Virus record (IMG/VR): IMGVR_UViG_3300014613_000001
Coordinates: 96,001 to 160,000 of that record
Length of the DNA: 64,000 nt
From: a virus
Strand: one strand, 5' to 3'
Within the stretch, counting starts at the first letter, position 1. Every line of letters begins with the position of its first letter. A program made the position numbers and the translations under genes. Positions 8,799-19,043 of this stretch are shown here, in pieces. The notes beneath the pieces were generated by a model. That model was given only the letters and a program-made list of their open reading frames with translations. It searched no databases and had not been told where the DNA came from.

Positions 8799-10658
8799 AT
8801 GTCTTTCGACAGTCTATCGTCCCCCGCCTCGAGCAGTTCTTTCTACGCCGGGATTGATGCCTACCTTGATTCTCTCCAGGCGCTCGAGGGTGGAGAGGAT
8901 CGTGTCTTCGAAGATGAGATCGACGCCCTCCTATGGGAGGCTGACCAGGCAGCTCGAAGGGAAGAGGAGGAGATCGAGGAGGTGCTCTTCGGTATAGAGG
9001 AGAGCGCTGCGTCATTGGAGAACGTGGTGAGCCCGTCGGAGTTCACTCAGTTCGCGATCAAGTTACCTGTTGAGGGGGATTATCTTCCGTTCTCTTTCGA
9101 TGGCCGTCGTTATCTGAAAGAGCCATACGATACGGCCGCGCGCCGTACGCTGCTCAAATGTTCGAGACAGACCGAAAAGTCGACCATGCTAGGTAACAAG
9201 AGCCTGGCCTACTGTGGGATCAACGTCGCTTTCAAGGTGCTCTATGTCAGCGCCACGGCGACACAGGCCCAGGTTTTCTCGGTGGATCGGCTCAAGGACC
9301 CCATTGAGACCTCTCCAGAGTTGAGCTTCCTCGTCGATTCCGGGCTCAGTCAGAACGTACTGTTCAAACAGTTCCGAAACCGATCACAGATCAGGATCAG
9401 GTACGCTTTCCTTCACGCTGACAGGACACGAGGCATTCCTGCGGATCTGATTCTAATAGATGAGATTCAAGATATAATCTTTTCTAACGTTCCGATCATC
9501 GAGCAGTGCGCCAGCCACTCTCCGTGGAAGCTCTACTGTTACAGCGGCACACCGAAGAGTCTGGACAACACCATCGAGGTTTATTGGTCGGAGCACTCGA
9601 CACAGAACGAGTGGGCTGTGCCGTGCGACCGTCACTCTCCCTACTTCTGGAATATCCTCGGTCGCCAGAACATCGGAAAGAAGGGGCCCATCTGCTCGAA
9701 GTGTGGTGCCCCGATCAACCCGGCACATCCGGACGCTCAATGGGTGAGTTTCCAGCCGATCACCAAGGACAACCATGAGCGCGTCACGTTCGAGGGATAC
9801 CGGATCAATCAGTTGATGGTGCCCTGGATCATCAACGATCAAGAGGCGTGGCACGACAGTATTCTCTTCCCGCTCGAGAACTATGGGTCAGCTCAGTTCA
9901 ATAATGAAGTCCTCGGTCTTTCCTTCGATAGCGGGCAGCGCCCCCTCACCCAGAGGATGGTCGCCGTGTGCTGTCAGGGGGACATACACTTCAACGATAT
10001 AGAAAAGAACGTGCTGAGGTGCCACCAACATGGTGGCGTCGCGGTTGGGATCGATTGGGGAAGCGGCGAGAGGGAATCTTACACAGTCCTCTCGCTCGGC
10101 GGATACATGGGCGGTGAGTTCCAGATTTTCTTCTGTCATCGGTTTGTCGCTGAGGATCTCAACGTCCAGCTTCAGATGCTGAAGATCGCCAAGCTCCTGA
10201 CCGATATCAACTTCACGATCTGCGGGACGGACTATGGTGGCGGGTTTGATCGCAACGATTGGTTGATCCGAAACTTCGGTCCTCGAAAGATCGTTCGCTA
10301 CCAGTACGCCTCCAACCCGAAGAAGAAAGTGAAGTGGGAACCGGAGCTTGGCCGCTTCATCCTGCACCGTACCGAGATCATGAGTGACATCTTCAACGCC
10401 ATTCGTCGAAGGAAGATCTGGTTCCCGCAGTTCGAAGAGTTCAGAGTGCTTCACGGTGCCGACATGCTGAACATCTTCAGCGAGTACAACATGAAGACGC
10501 ACATGACGCAGTATCAGGTGTCGCCCGGTAAGTCCGACGATACCTTCCACTCCGTCCTGTATTGTGTCCTGGCCTCCATGTTCTTCAAGCCGCGTCCTGA
10601 TCTGATCATTCCAACGAAGCCTGGTCATGTGGACTTCACCCCTGATCTTACAGCATGA
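8799..10658 (+). CDS. terL: Terminase large subunit (GpA-like)
   Basis: Walker A-like KCSRQTEKST, Walker B LILIDEIQD, YSGTP motif, CxxC, RNase H-like nuclease acids GIDWG and DDTFHS. Confidence 0.88.
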   Translation: MSFDSLSSPASSSSFYAGIDAYLDSLQALEGGEDRVFEDEIDALLWEADQAARREEEEIEEVLFGIEESAASLENVVSPSEFTQFAIKLPVEGDYLPFSFDGRRYLKEPYDTAARRTLLKCSRQTEKSTMLGNKSLAYCGINVAFKVLYVSATATQAQVFSVDRLKDPIETSPELSFLVDSGLSQNVLFKQFRNRSQIRIRYAFLHADRTRGIPADLILIDEIQDIIFSNVPIIEQCASHSPWKLYCYSGTPKSLDNTIEVYWSEHSTQNEWAVPCDRHSPYFWNILGRQNIGKKGPICSKCGAPINPAHPDAQWVSFQPITKDNHERVTFEGYRINQLMVPWIINDQEAWHDSILFPLENYGSAQFNNEVLGLSFDSGQRPLTQRMVAVCCQGDIHFNDIEKNVLRCHQHGGVAVGIDWGSGERESYTVLSLGGYMGGEFQIFFCHRFVAEDLNVQLQMLKIAKLLTDINFTICGTDYGGGFDRNDWLIRNFGPRKIVRYQYASNPKKKVKWEPELGRFILHRTEIMSDIFNAIRRRKIWFPQFEEFRVLHGADMLNIFSEYNMKTHMTQYQVSPGKSDDTFHSVLYCVLASMFFKPRPDLIIPTKPGHVDFTPDLTA

Positions 10659-10710
10659 CCAGCTAAAAGAACCGCCCGCTGCAGAATTGCAGGGGCGGTC
10701 ACGCGGCAGG

Positions 10711-11289
10711 CTACGGGGCGGGATGCTGCGCGAGTTGGGCCCTGGCCTGTGCCAGTTCGGCGCGCATGCGGTTGAAATCCGCTTGAGAGATCCCGGCTTC
10801 AACCGCATTCTGGAGCAGCTCCTGGATCTGGCTCAGCTGGGCAGGAGTAACGACCGGAGCTGCCGGAGCTGCCGGAGCCGGGGGTGTCGCCGGGGTGCTG
10901 GCTTGCGCTGCCTTCACCGCCGCAGCGATCTGCTCCATCACCGTCAGCTCTTTGGTCGTGGAGACGGCGGGCCTTGTCGCGTACGCGATCAGCGATCGCG
11001 TACGTCCCTCCAGCCGACGCAGGCCTTGCGCCTGCACTTCGTGGAGACGGTGAGCTTCATACGTTGCCACCGTCCCTCCGACGGCTGCCCCAGCTACCCC
11101 GCCTACGACCAAGCTGGCCGTCATCGGGGTCCCGGCCAGCTGGGAGACGACGGCCCCGCCGCCGACTCCCACTGCCCCGCCCAGGACTACGCCGGCCACT
11201 ATCAGGCCGGCTTCGTCCTTGCTCGACTCCCAGACGCTCTGGGAGAAGAGCTTCTCAGCGTCAAATTCTTCTTCTTCTTTCTCGTACAT
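10711..11289 (-). CDS. Membrane protein with Gly-rich TM helices, Pro/Ala linker and C-terminal coiled coil
   Basis: RBS AGGAGG before ATG 11289; two Gly/Val/Ala hydrophobic stretches. Confidence 0.55.
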   Translation of the reverse strand: MYEKEEEEFDAEKLFSQSVWESSKDEAGLIVAGVVLGGAVGVGGGAVVSQLAGTPMTASLVVGGVAGAAVGGTVATYEAHRLHEVQAQGLRRLEGRTRSLIAYATRPAVSTTKELTVMEQIAAAVKAAQASTPATPPAPAAPAAPVVTPAQLSQIQELLQNAVEAGISQADFNRMRAELAQARAQLAQHPAP

Positions 11290-11388
11290 TTTTCCTCCTG
11301 CAGGAAGGTTTAGCGGAGCACCTAAGTGCTCCTTCAACTATTATCCTTATCACCATAAAGATGTTGGTTTTGCACGATTTATGTGATC

Positions 11389-12117
11389 TTAGTTGGGTAG
11401 CGGGCGGGTGACTTTGAGTTGTCTGAGGATGTCGTCGAAGCCCTCTATGTCCGCGGACGCGAGTCGTTCCATGAGGTTACGACTCGGAGTGAGCTGGGCT
11501 TCGTACTCGATGAACAAGATGGCGAGTTCTTTTACGTTCCTTCGCGCGTGCACGAGGATGTCGCGCAAGCGTTGGAGGTCCAGGTCGGTGTCGAGGTCTT
11601 TGCGCTTGCGGATGAAGTGACTCATGCGCAGCGCGAGATCCAAGAAGACCTTCCATGAATCCCCGACGCAACGTAGGTTGTTGAGCCGGTCGATCTCCTC
11701 TTCGGTAAGCCGCATCAGCATCTCGCACAGGGAGAACATTCGCGACACGGGCCAGTCATCTTGACGAAGCTCGAGCTCGACGTTGCTGTAGAGACTCGAC
11801 AGTTCGTCGTCTGTCATGGACGGGAAGCGGGCCGAGCCAAGATCGTTTACTTGGTAGAGAAGATCGAGGGCGGATTCGAGTCGGTCGACTCTGTTCTCCA
11901 GGAACTTGAGCCGTTTGACAAGCTCTCCTGATCTGATCTCCCCGACGAGCCCATCGCGCAGTACCTCTTCGACGTCTGATCGTCGGACGAGGATCACGCC
12001 TCCCCGTTCTGTCCTTCTGATCAATCCCTCGGCCCAGAGTTGTGTTACCCGATCCTCTGTTGTATCGAGGAGCTCGGCAGCTTCCGAAACCGTTATGAGT
12101 TGGCTGTTGCTTTCCAT
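11389..12117 (-). CDS. Helix-turn-helix (excisionase/MerR-like) DNA-binding protein
   Basis: N-terminal ITVSEAAELLDTTEDRVTQLWAEGLI...VRRSDVE followed by coiled coil. Confidence 0.7.
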   Translation of the reverse strand: MESNSQLITVSEAAELLDTTEDRVTQLWAEGLIRRTERGGVILVRRSDVEEVLRDGLVGEIRSGELVKRLKFLENRVDRLESALDLLYQVNDLGSARFPSMTDDELSSLYSNVELELRQDDWPVSRMFSLCEMLMRLTEEEIDRLNNLRCVGDSWKVFLDLALRMSHFIRKRKDLDTDLDLQRLRDILVHARRNVKELAILFIEYEAQLTPSRNLMERLASADIEGFDDILRQLKVTRPLPN

Positions 12118-12130
12118 AGGATCATTGCTG

Positions 12131-12139
12131 TGCTACGTT
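12131..12139 (+). promoter_or_regulatory. Putative late promoter TGCTACGTT upstream of head operon
   Basis: TGCTAnnnT motif in the divergent intergenic gap. Confidence 0.4.
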
Positions 12140-12190
12140 GATATTAGCAAAGGACCGGGTCTGACGCCCATAGAGAATAGGACGGGGCTT

Positions 12191-13069
12191 ATGGAGACAC
12201 CAGGATACGCGGTGGGCCAATCGTCTGGCGTTGATCCCGAGCGCCTTCGACTTCTAGGAAAACGCGCGAGCGCGATCCACACGGAGTCGGGTCGGCCTCT
12301 GACCGAATCTGTCGTTGAGATTCTCGGTCCGGAGATGGGTTTGACGCCTGAGCACGTGCGCCGGGTCACAGAGCATGCCAACAACCATATGTTCGAGCAG
12401 GCGTTCGCGAAGAGCACCGGAGATCACAGAGTGATCAACTTTGAAGGTGGGCCAGCAGATTCGGCTCTTATTCTTCAGGAGTTGAAGTCAAGAGGTCGGG
12501 AGGATGTCATGAAGACCGCATCCCGCAAGATCATGAAACCTAACGAACTGTTCGTTCCGGGAGCGGACGGTTTGAACTATCATCAGATGGAGAAAACAGC
12601 CTCGCCCCGTATCGAAGATCCATGGCTCAACCCGCATCGAGAGCTCTTCGAACTGCGTGAGAAGCTGAAGACCGCACAGAGCGAGCTCTCCTCTCGGATG
12701 TTCGGTCTCCAGACTCGGTACGATGCCGCTGTCCGTAGCATGCGGAAGGAAGCTCGAGCTGTGGTCATGGAGGGGTACTCTCCCGTAGAGGTGTCCCGGG
12801 TGTATCTTGAGCGTGCTTCGAAGCCGGCGATGGCAAAGCTGGCGCTGAAGTTGGCCGCCGAAGGCGTTGATGATCTGCCGGCCGTCTCCATGACGAAGAA
12901 GGCCTCGGCTTTCGCGAACCGAACTGTGAACCCTGAGCACCCGCTTTGCACGAGCTTTGATACGTTCGCCAAAGTCGCTGAAGAGTTCTACGGGACCGCG
13001 GCGGCTGTCGAGAACATCAAGGTGCAGCTCGGGCGCGTGAATGCTGAGGTTCGAAGGGTCATCCAATGA
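12191..13069 (+). CDS. Putative head protein with KxA motifs
   Basis: MKTAS, EKTAS, KKASA. Confidence 0.6.
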   Translation: METPGYAVGQSSGVDPERLRLLGKRASAIHTESGRPLTESVVEILGPEMGLTPEHVRRVTEHANNHMFEQAFAKSTGDHRVINFEGGPADSALILQELKSRGREDVMKTASRKIMKPNELFVPGADGLNYHQMEKTASPRIEDPWLNPHRELFELREKLKTAQSELSSRMFGLQTRYDAAVRSMRKEARAVVMEGYSPVEVSRVYLERASKPAMAKLALKLAAEGVDDLPAVSMTKKASAFANRTVNPEHPLCTSFDTFAKVAEEFYGTAAAVENIKVQLGRVNAEVRRVIQ

Positions 13070-13437
13070 TCTTGAAGATCGGAGCAGAGCTCGCCGGCGC
13101 CGAGATGCTTGTTCGGATCATCATGGAAAACGGCGTTGGTGATCTGGGCAAGACAGCTTCGGTGTACGGAGAGATCGGGGCTGCAACAAAAGGGCTCGGC
13201 TCCGGAGTTCAGTCGGTCCTTAGCAAGATCCCGAAGGTCGGACCGGCGTTAGGGACAGCAGGAAATCTTGCTGTTCGTGCCGCACCCTGGGCAGCGGGGG
13301 CATACGGTGCATCCGAGTTGGAGAAAGCTGTCGGCAGTCCCGTTCGTCGACTCGTTCGCCGGAAGACCGATGAGCACAACTATCGGCAGGCCCAGGGTCG
13401 TGCACACTGGAATCCTCAACGAGGGGTGATGATCTGA
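13066..13437 (+). CDS. KxA-motif protein with hydrophobic glycine-rich helix
   Basis: LGKTASV; PALGTAGNLAVRAAPWAAGAYGA. Confidence 0.55.
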   Translation: MILKIGAELAGAEMLVRIIMENGVGDLGKTASVYGEIGAATKGLGSGVQSVLSKIPKVGPALGTAGNLAVRAAPWAAGAYGASELEKAVGSPVRRLVRRKTDEHNYRQAQGRAHWNPQRGVMI

Positions 13438-14006
13438 TGAACCCAGTAGATCAGTTCTTAGCAAATGAAGGTCACGAAAAGTCGGCAGGGTTCGAATCCT
13501 TCATGAAGGGAACTTACGGACCGTTGGCGGCGGGCTTGGGTACAGCTATCGTCGCGCCTATCGCGCTCGCTGCGGCGCAGGATGGCTACAACCAAGTCAA
13601 GGGCATGATCAACAAGAGTCGAAACTTCAAAGCCATGCTCGAGTACAATCCGAGTATCAAGAAGCTGCCAGACCAAAAGGTCAAAGCGCTCTTCGGGACC
13701 CTGCACAACGTGGCTCCTGATCTCGCAAGGGATCCTGTCGTGGCGAGCTCGTGGGTCACGCGCATGTACGACAAGGATGAATACGTCGATCCGAAAACAA
13801 TCTCTGATCTCGCCGCCGCGCAAAGCCGCATGCCTCGAGGCACGGAGCTTCCCATCCAGGCCATGTCCAGCGGGATCATGTCGAGTGTTTCAGACTATGG
13901 TCGCGACGTCGGCCGTCGTGAGCTCGACACGAGTACCCTGGAGAAGAATAGGGCTCAGACGGAAAAAGCCCGATGGGATATGACGCAACCTAGAAAAACG
14001 CCATGA
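13437..14006 (+). CDS. KxA-motif protein with N-terminal TM-like helix
   Basis: HEKSAG then GPLAAGLGTAIVAPIALAAA. Confidence 0.6.
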   Translation: MNPVDQFLANEGHEKSAGFESFMKGTYGPLAAGLGTAIVAPIALAAAQDGYNQVKGMINKSRNFKAMLEYNPSIKKLPDQKVKALFGTLHNVAPDLARDPVVASSWVTRMYDKDEYVDPKTISDLAAAQSRMPRGTELPIQAMSSGIMSSVSDYGRDVGRRELDTSTLEKNRAQTEKARWDMTQPRKTP

Positions 14007-15880
14007 TCACGAAGCAATGCCAGTTCTCTGGGCGCGATGAGAGGGGTGAGTATATTCACCTTCTCCGAGCCGGGTATGACAACGAGCAGCTGGTCAAGAC
14101 AGCTGCAGCGAGTCCACCCCAGCTCGCCCGCATTCGCGCTTTCATGAAGGACCGGCCGCGCACTCCTGATCGAATCTACACGCTCATCAGCGCTCTCGGA
14201 GCTGGAGAGTTCTGGGGTTCGAACAGCAACGCTGACTACTTCGGCGTGGAGCCCCTGCTGCACACGCCCCCCAGTTGGGACGCTATGCCGCTCGAGCAGC
14301 AGCGCTTGGTCGGGGCTCGGTGGGAGTGGGGCTACCCCACCTTCTACAACGCACATGCCTTTGCCCATCATGTGAACAAGGATCCGAACAGGGCGTTTGG
14401 GTTCATCGAATATGCCATGTGGGACTCAGCCATGAAGCGAGTCCTACTGACCGTGGCGTACGATCGAGCTCGTGCGCGCCAGTTTGGATCTATCGGAGTG
14501 CTGGACCGAATTGAAAACGGAGAGTTCCCCTCGGTCAGTATGGGGACACGTGTCCCGTTTGACTGCTGCAGTATCTGCTGTAATCTCGATGCTCTTCGTC
14601 CTTATTTGGCCACGCCCCAGAAGATTGTGGCCATGCACCGACAGAACCCCATCAGGGGTCTGAGCACAGACGAAAAAAAGTACTGTGTCCATCTGAGGAC
14701 CGAGCTCAACAAGATTTATCCTGATGGCCGTAAGGTCATGATGCTCAACCTCCACCCCCGGTTCTTCGACCTCTCGGTGGTGTTCATCGGGGCGGACAAG
14801 ACTTCCTACATCCTGGCCAAGCTCGCGAATGAGTGTCCGATTCAGCCCGGTCAAAAATCATGCTCAAACTGTTCTCACACCGAGTGCGTACCCTCTGCCC
14901 ACGTGCATGAGGTCTGGAGTCGGAAGATGGAGAAGACTGCGGAGTGTACCGCGGCATCACCCAAAGGCCAGACGACACGAGAGTTGGCAAAGCATTATGC
15001 TGGTCAGATCAGGGGTGCGGTGGTAGCTGCCCGTCAGGAGAAGCGAGCCAACATCGACTTCAATGATGTTGATCCGCAAACTGAACGGGAGATCAATACC
15101 TACCTCATGAAGCAGAGGACCAAGCTGGGTGCGATTCCAAAGGGTGCGGAGATCACCAAGCACGTTGCATCCAGCTTTCGTAGGAATCTTCCGACGCTCA
15201 CAAGTCACGAACCTGATCTTCCTGAAGAGGTTCAGAATCGGATGTCTGAGAATCCGAGAGATTCTCTCAGGACTGCCGGCTCCATGGGCATTGTGCTCAA
15301 GCCGCATGAGTTTCAGCGTATGATGATCCGTAATCTCGGACGTCCCGAGCTGGCAGATGATCTTGATTCGAAGGGGTTGACGTTCCGCCCCGGCGCAGAG
15401 CCCAGTGATTTTCGTCTCGGGGATTCGATCGTACCGAAGATCCTCGAAGCCCTTCTCCCGCTCATGCGCGGAAGGAGTGCGATGACGCCGGCCCTTGGTC
15501 AGCGTACGATCATCATCATCAAGAGTTCAGCAGCTCCGCAGGATACCCCGAGATGTCTGGATGATCCTTTCTTGGACAAGATCAGTAGCGACTACACAGC
15601 GTATCGACGCGCTCTGTTGTACAACGCACCTGGACTGATTCGGGAGTCGATTTTTACCCGACCGAAGGTCGCGTCAGCCCTCTACCATGATCAAATTTTG
15701 GATCCTGGACTTGCGAAGATCGGGGGCGATGTGATGGAATCAATGATTGGAATGCTATCCTCAATTTACATGAACGAGGCTCACATGGAGAAACCGGTCT
15801 CGATGTACGTGAGGGAGCACTCCAGCCTGGCAGGTCTGGAGAAGGCTTCAGGCTTTGCATTGCTAGGCGGGGTAGCGTAG
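14003..15880 (+). CDS. Putative prohead (maturation) serine protease, HK97/herpes-type fold, with Cys-rich insert
   Basis: Candidate catalytic His (HAFAHH) and Ser (VSMG), then CCSIC...CVH insert and FFDLSVVFIGAD, resembling the E-x-S-x-V-x-x-PA strand; located upstream of scaffold and capsid genes. Confidence 0.65.
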   Translation: MITKQCQFSGRDERGEYIHLLRAGYDNEQLVKTAAASPPQLARIRAFMKDRPRTPDRIYTLISALGAGEFWGSNSNADYFGVEPLLHTPPSWDAMPLEQQRLVGARWEWGYPTFYNAHAFAHHVNKDPNRAFGFIEYAMWDSAMKRVLLTVAYDRARARQFGSIGVLDRIENGEFPSVSMGTRVPFDCCSICCNLDALRPYLATPQKIVAMHRQNPIRGLSTDEKKYCVHLRTELNKIYPDGRKVMMLNLHPRFFDLSVVFIGADKTSYILAKLANECPIQPGQKSCSNCSHTECVPSAHVHEVWSRKMEKTAECTAASPKGQTTRELAKHYAGQIRGAVVAARQEKRANIDFNDVDPQTEREINTYLMKQRTKLGAIPKGAEITKHVASSFRRNLPTLTSHEPDLPEEVQNRMSENPRDSLRTAGSMGIVLKPHEFQRMMIRNLGRPELADDLDSKGLTFRPGAEPSDFRLGDSIVPKILEALLPLMRGRSAMTPALGQRTIIIIKSSAAPQDTPRCLDDPFLDKISSDYTAYRRALLYNAPGLIRESIFTRPKVASALYHDQILDPGLAKIGGDVMESMIGMLSSIYMNEAHMEKPVSMYVREHSSLAGLEKASGFALLGGVA

Positions 15881-15952
15881 GGCCTCGAGGTCCCGGGATC
15901 GTTCGACCTTGCCGGTGTAGGTGTCACCAAACCGAAAGGGAAGAGAGACAAA

Positions 15953-16798
15953 ATGGACGACTTTCTTGCGAATTACTACGGAACAGGGACCGGAGCAGCC
16001 GAAACCACCAACGACGAGATCGAGAAGCTGGCGCAGCTCACCCTCCTGGCTCAGGAGGCTGAGGAGCAAGGCATCGATCTCGGTCAGTTCACCGAGGAAG
16101 AGATCATGAAGGTCGCCTCCGAGCGCTACGGTGGCGGCGAAGCTCAACCCGAGTACGACCTCGAGAAAGAGGCCGCGGCCAAGTTCGAAGAGGCCGACTT
16201 CCTCGGCCGTGTCATGGCGCACAGCATGGTGCAAGAGCTGGGTGAGATCGAGAAGCAGGCCAACTGGGCCGGGGATCTCGCGCGCAAGGGGTGGGCGGCC
16301 ACCAAGGCAGCTCCGGGCAAGGCGTATGGGAGTACCCTCGGAGCCGTTGGTGGGAAAGCTGAAGAAGCCGTCGCCAAGAGTCTCCGTGAGGGTGGCAAGG
16401 GCAAGACATTCAAGTCCCTCATCCATCGTCTTGGTGGGGGCAAGGGCCTCAAGAGCGGAGACACCTATCGAAAAGGCTCCGAGCGCCTGGCTCGCGGTGC
16501 CAACATCGCCGCTCAGGTCGGTACCGGTGCTGCTGCTGCCGGCGCTGCCGGGGGTCTCGGCTACGGCGGCTACCGGGGCGTCAAGGCTCTGAGAGACAAG
16601 AAGTCCGCCGACTCGGCCTTCGAGCAGGTCGTCATGCAGCGGGCATACGATCACCTGGCATCGGGCGGCTACGACGCGGACGCTTTCTTCGGTGTCGGGC
16701 AGGAGAAGACGGCCGCCGACGAGTTCGAAGCCACCGTGGATCGCGCTGCCCTCGAGTTCCTCGAGGCCAACGGTGTTCCCATCGCGTGGAACGAGTAG
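15953..16798 (+). CDS. Scaffold-like or internal head protein, acidic, with several KxA motifs and a glycine zipper
   Basis: EKLAQ, MKVAS, EKEAA, EKQAN, KKSAD, EKTAA. Confidence 0.6.
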   Translation: MDDFLANYYGTGTGAAETTNDEIEKLAQLTLLAQEAEEQGIDLGQFTEEEIMKVASERYGGGEAQPEYDLEKEAAAKFEEADFLGRVMAHSMVQELGEIEKQANWAGDLARKGWAATKAAPGKAYGSTLGAVGGKAEEAVAKSLREGGKGKTFKSLIHRLGGGKGLKSGDTYRKGSERLARGANIAAQVGTGAAAAGAAGGLGYGGYRGVKALRDKKSADSAFEQVVMQRAYDHLASGGYDADAFFGVGQEKTAADEFEATVDRAALEFLEANGVPIAWNE

Positions 16799-16813
16799 GT
16801 CGGGAGTAGGCGG

Positions 16814-17095
16814 ATGATCGGAGCGGTAACCATGACGGCAATGGCGGATGAGATGTTGAAGATCTCAGCAGTTTCAGCGCCATCCGTCGTGGCCCCTCCG
16901 GCTCCGGGTGGGCTTACAGGAGCTCTCAATGCGAAACCTGCGGCTCCTGTCAGTCCGGGAACGATCCAGGCCAAGGCGCTCAAGAGTACGAACTTGCAGA
17001 AGACAAACTACACGACGGTGAGCACAAAGCTCCCGACGCCGAACTTCAGTATGACGGCCGGGCAAAAGGCGATGACGCCACCGCCCGTCGGCTGA
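16814..17095 (+). CDS. Small KxA-motif protein
   Basis: AMADEMLKISA then Pro/Ala/Thr-rich tail. Confidence 0.5.
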   Translation: MIGAVTMTAMADEMLKISAVSAPSVVAPPAPGGLTGALNAKPAAPVSPGTIQAKALKSTNLQKTNYTTVSTKLPTPNFSMTAGQKAMTPPPVG

Positions 17096-17111
17096 TAACG
17101 GAGGTACCCAC

Positions 17112-18155
17112 ATGGGGTTCGATCTGAATCAAATGATCCAGCAGGCGCTCAACGAAGGTCGGGCCTCGGGGCATACGAAAATCGCCGAGGAGGTCGAAGG
17201 CGGCGCCTGCGTGAGTTGCGGCCGACCGGCTGTGGCAGATTCGAAGTACTGCCGAGAGTGCGCCGAGAAGAAAGCCAAGAAGGAGCAGCAGCAAGCTGCC
17301 CCCGGAGGCGAAGAAACGGAGAAGACTTCTTCGGAGCGCGTGGAGAAGTTGGCAGCCGCCGTCGAGTACGCCCTGTACAACCGATCTTGGATGGGTTCTG
17401 CAGGCCACGTCAAGGCAGCTGAGGGAGAGGGGGTCAACACGACTGGCCCTGCTCGCGGCCCCAACACGCTCCCAACTAACATCGCGTCTCCGACCACCGA
17501 CAAGATGCCGGAGCAATTCGGCGGCGGGGCCAAGACTGTCCCGCCCGTGAAGCCGGCGCTCGAGGCGGGTGCCAGTCCGAAAGCAGCGACCAACGCTATG
17601 CAGACGGACATGAATGCCCGTCCCGGCGGACCCGGGAACTACCCAGAGGATGGAGTTCTCGTGCAGAAGACAGGGGCTGCTGCGGCCATCAAACAGGCCA
17701 TGCTGAAGCGAGCGCAAGACGGCGACTCCACGACCATCACGACACCCAAGACCCAGACCCCGACGACACCTGAGGACCAACCTTCTCAGATGGCACGTCC
17801 TGCAGAGGTCACCAGCCAGGAGAAGATGATCGCCTCGAACGAAGCGGCCATCGACTTCACCAAACGAGATGCCAAGGCGGTACCGAAGAAGCGGATGGGA
17901 GAGGTTCTGGATGAACCCGCCCAGAGCAAGAGCGGAGACAGTGTGCTCCAAGATGCTCTGGGGTCGGACCTGGTGAACCAGGCTGGGGCCAAAGTGGCTT
18001 CTGCTCTGGACGCCGTGCAGAAGATCGCAAGTGAAGGTTGCCAATGCGGCGGCCAAGGAGCTTGTAACTTCTGCAAGATCGCTTCTCGAGTCGAGCAGAA
18101 GAGGCAGGGACTGGTTGGCTCCCGCGCCGTCGCTGCTCATGGTATGGGCCGGTAA
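17112..18155 (+). CDS. Scaffold-like protein with KxA motifs and two Cys clusters
   Basis: TKIAE, EKLAA, AKVAS, QKIAS; CVSC...CREC and CQCG...CNFC. Confidence 0.55.
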   Translation: MGFDLNQMIQQALNEGRASGHTKIAEEVEGGACVSCGRPAVADSKYCRECAEKKAKKEQQQAAPGGEETEKTSSERVEKLAAAVEYALYNRSWMGSAGHVKAAEGEGVNTTGPARGPNTLPTNIASPTTDKMPEQFGGGAKTVPPVKPALEAGASPKAATNAMQTDMNARPGGPGNYPEDGVLVQKTGAAAAIKQAMLKRAQDGDSTTITTPKTQTPTTPEDQPSQMARPAEVTSQEKMIASNEAAIDFTKRDAKAVPKKRMGEVLDEPAQSKSGDSVLQDALGSDLVNQAGAKVASALDAVQKIASEGCQCGGQGACNFCKIASRVEQKRQGLVGSRAVAAHGMGR

Positions 18156-18164
18156 GGAGGACAC

Positions 18165-18527
18165 ATGGAAAAGCTCAGCGCAGACAAAGTCCTTGCCGTC
18201 TTCGGATCGGTTCCTTCGACGCTCAGAAAGCTGGCCTCGGAGCGGGACGCGGCACAGGTCGAAAACCTGGAGCTCAAGCGTCAGCTTCGTGAACTCCGGC
18301 TGAATGAGCGTGTGGAGAAGATCGCTCAGGAGGTTCACGACAAGGGCATTCAGCAGGGCCGAACCGTGGAAGAGACGAGAGAGTTCCTGCTTCAAAAGGC
18401 TGCTGCGGGGAAGCTCGACATCATCGAGCAGGCCGTCGACATGACGTCCCGTCAAGCAAGTCTTGGAATCCTTGGGGATCTTCCCAAGGGTGGGGAGAGC
18501 TCTCTCGACGAATTCGTCGTCAGCTGA
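18165..18527 (+). CDS. Probable capsid scaffolding protein
   Basis: Coiled coil, RKLAS/EKIAQ motifs, two genes upstream of MCP. Confidence 0.55.
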   Translation: MEKLSADKVLAVFGSVPSTLRKLASERDAAQVENLELKRQLRELRLNERVEKIAQEVHDKGIQQGRTVEETREFLLQKAAAGKLDIIEQAVDMTSRQASLGILGDLPKGGESSLDEFVVS

Positions 18528-18560
18528 ACCGGTTCTCTGGCAAGGGTGAGGTGAAAGGCT

Positions 18561-19034
18561 ATGATTCAGACATTCAGAATCGTCGGTGAGTCGCACGCCA
18601 ACCTACTCATCAGATCCTATCTCGTAGAGACGGCAGCGCTGTTGGACTTCAACAACGCCAACCCCCTCGAGATGGGCGAGTGGTTGACGATCAACGCGAG
18701 CAACCGGCTTGCGAGGGCCGCAAACCCAGGTGTCACTCCGGGACCCTTCGTGATGTACGCGGAGAAGGGCCGGTCGGATACCCAGGGTATCAGCGGCAGG
18801 GGCAAGGTCCCGATCATCATGGGCGGGGTCTATATCGGTGAGACGCTCATCTGGAATACAGGAGCGCCTCCGGTTCTCGGCGCTCGACTCGAGGTGGCGG
18901 ACGTGACGTACGACGCCTTGACGAAGTCGGGACTTCAAACACACGCAGCTGGTGCGAACCCTCGGGTAGGCCACGTCCTTCGGACGGGGGCTTCCAACGG
19001 CGGTTGGCTTCAGTTCCTGTCGGTGTGGGAGTAG
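18561..19034 (+). CDS. Probable capsid decoration/cement protein
   Basis: 157 aa, beta-rich, immediately upstream of MCP; position-based call. Confidence 0.45.
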   Translation: MIQTFRIVGESHANLLIRSYLVETAALLDFNNANPLEMGEWLTINASNRLARAANPGVTPGPFVMYAEKGRSDTQGISGRGKVPIIMGGVYIGETLIWNTGAPPVLGARLEVADVTYDALTKSGLQTHAAGANPRVGHVLRTGASNGGWLQFLSVWE

Positions 19035-19043
19035 GAGGAGATC

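Noticed and set aside
15881-15952. GTTCGA-containing intergenic stretch as a tRNA
   Set aside because: No cloverleaf can be formed; no tRNA or rRNA was recognised anywhere in the window.
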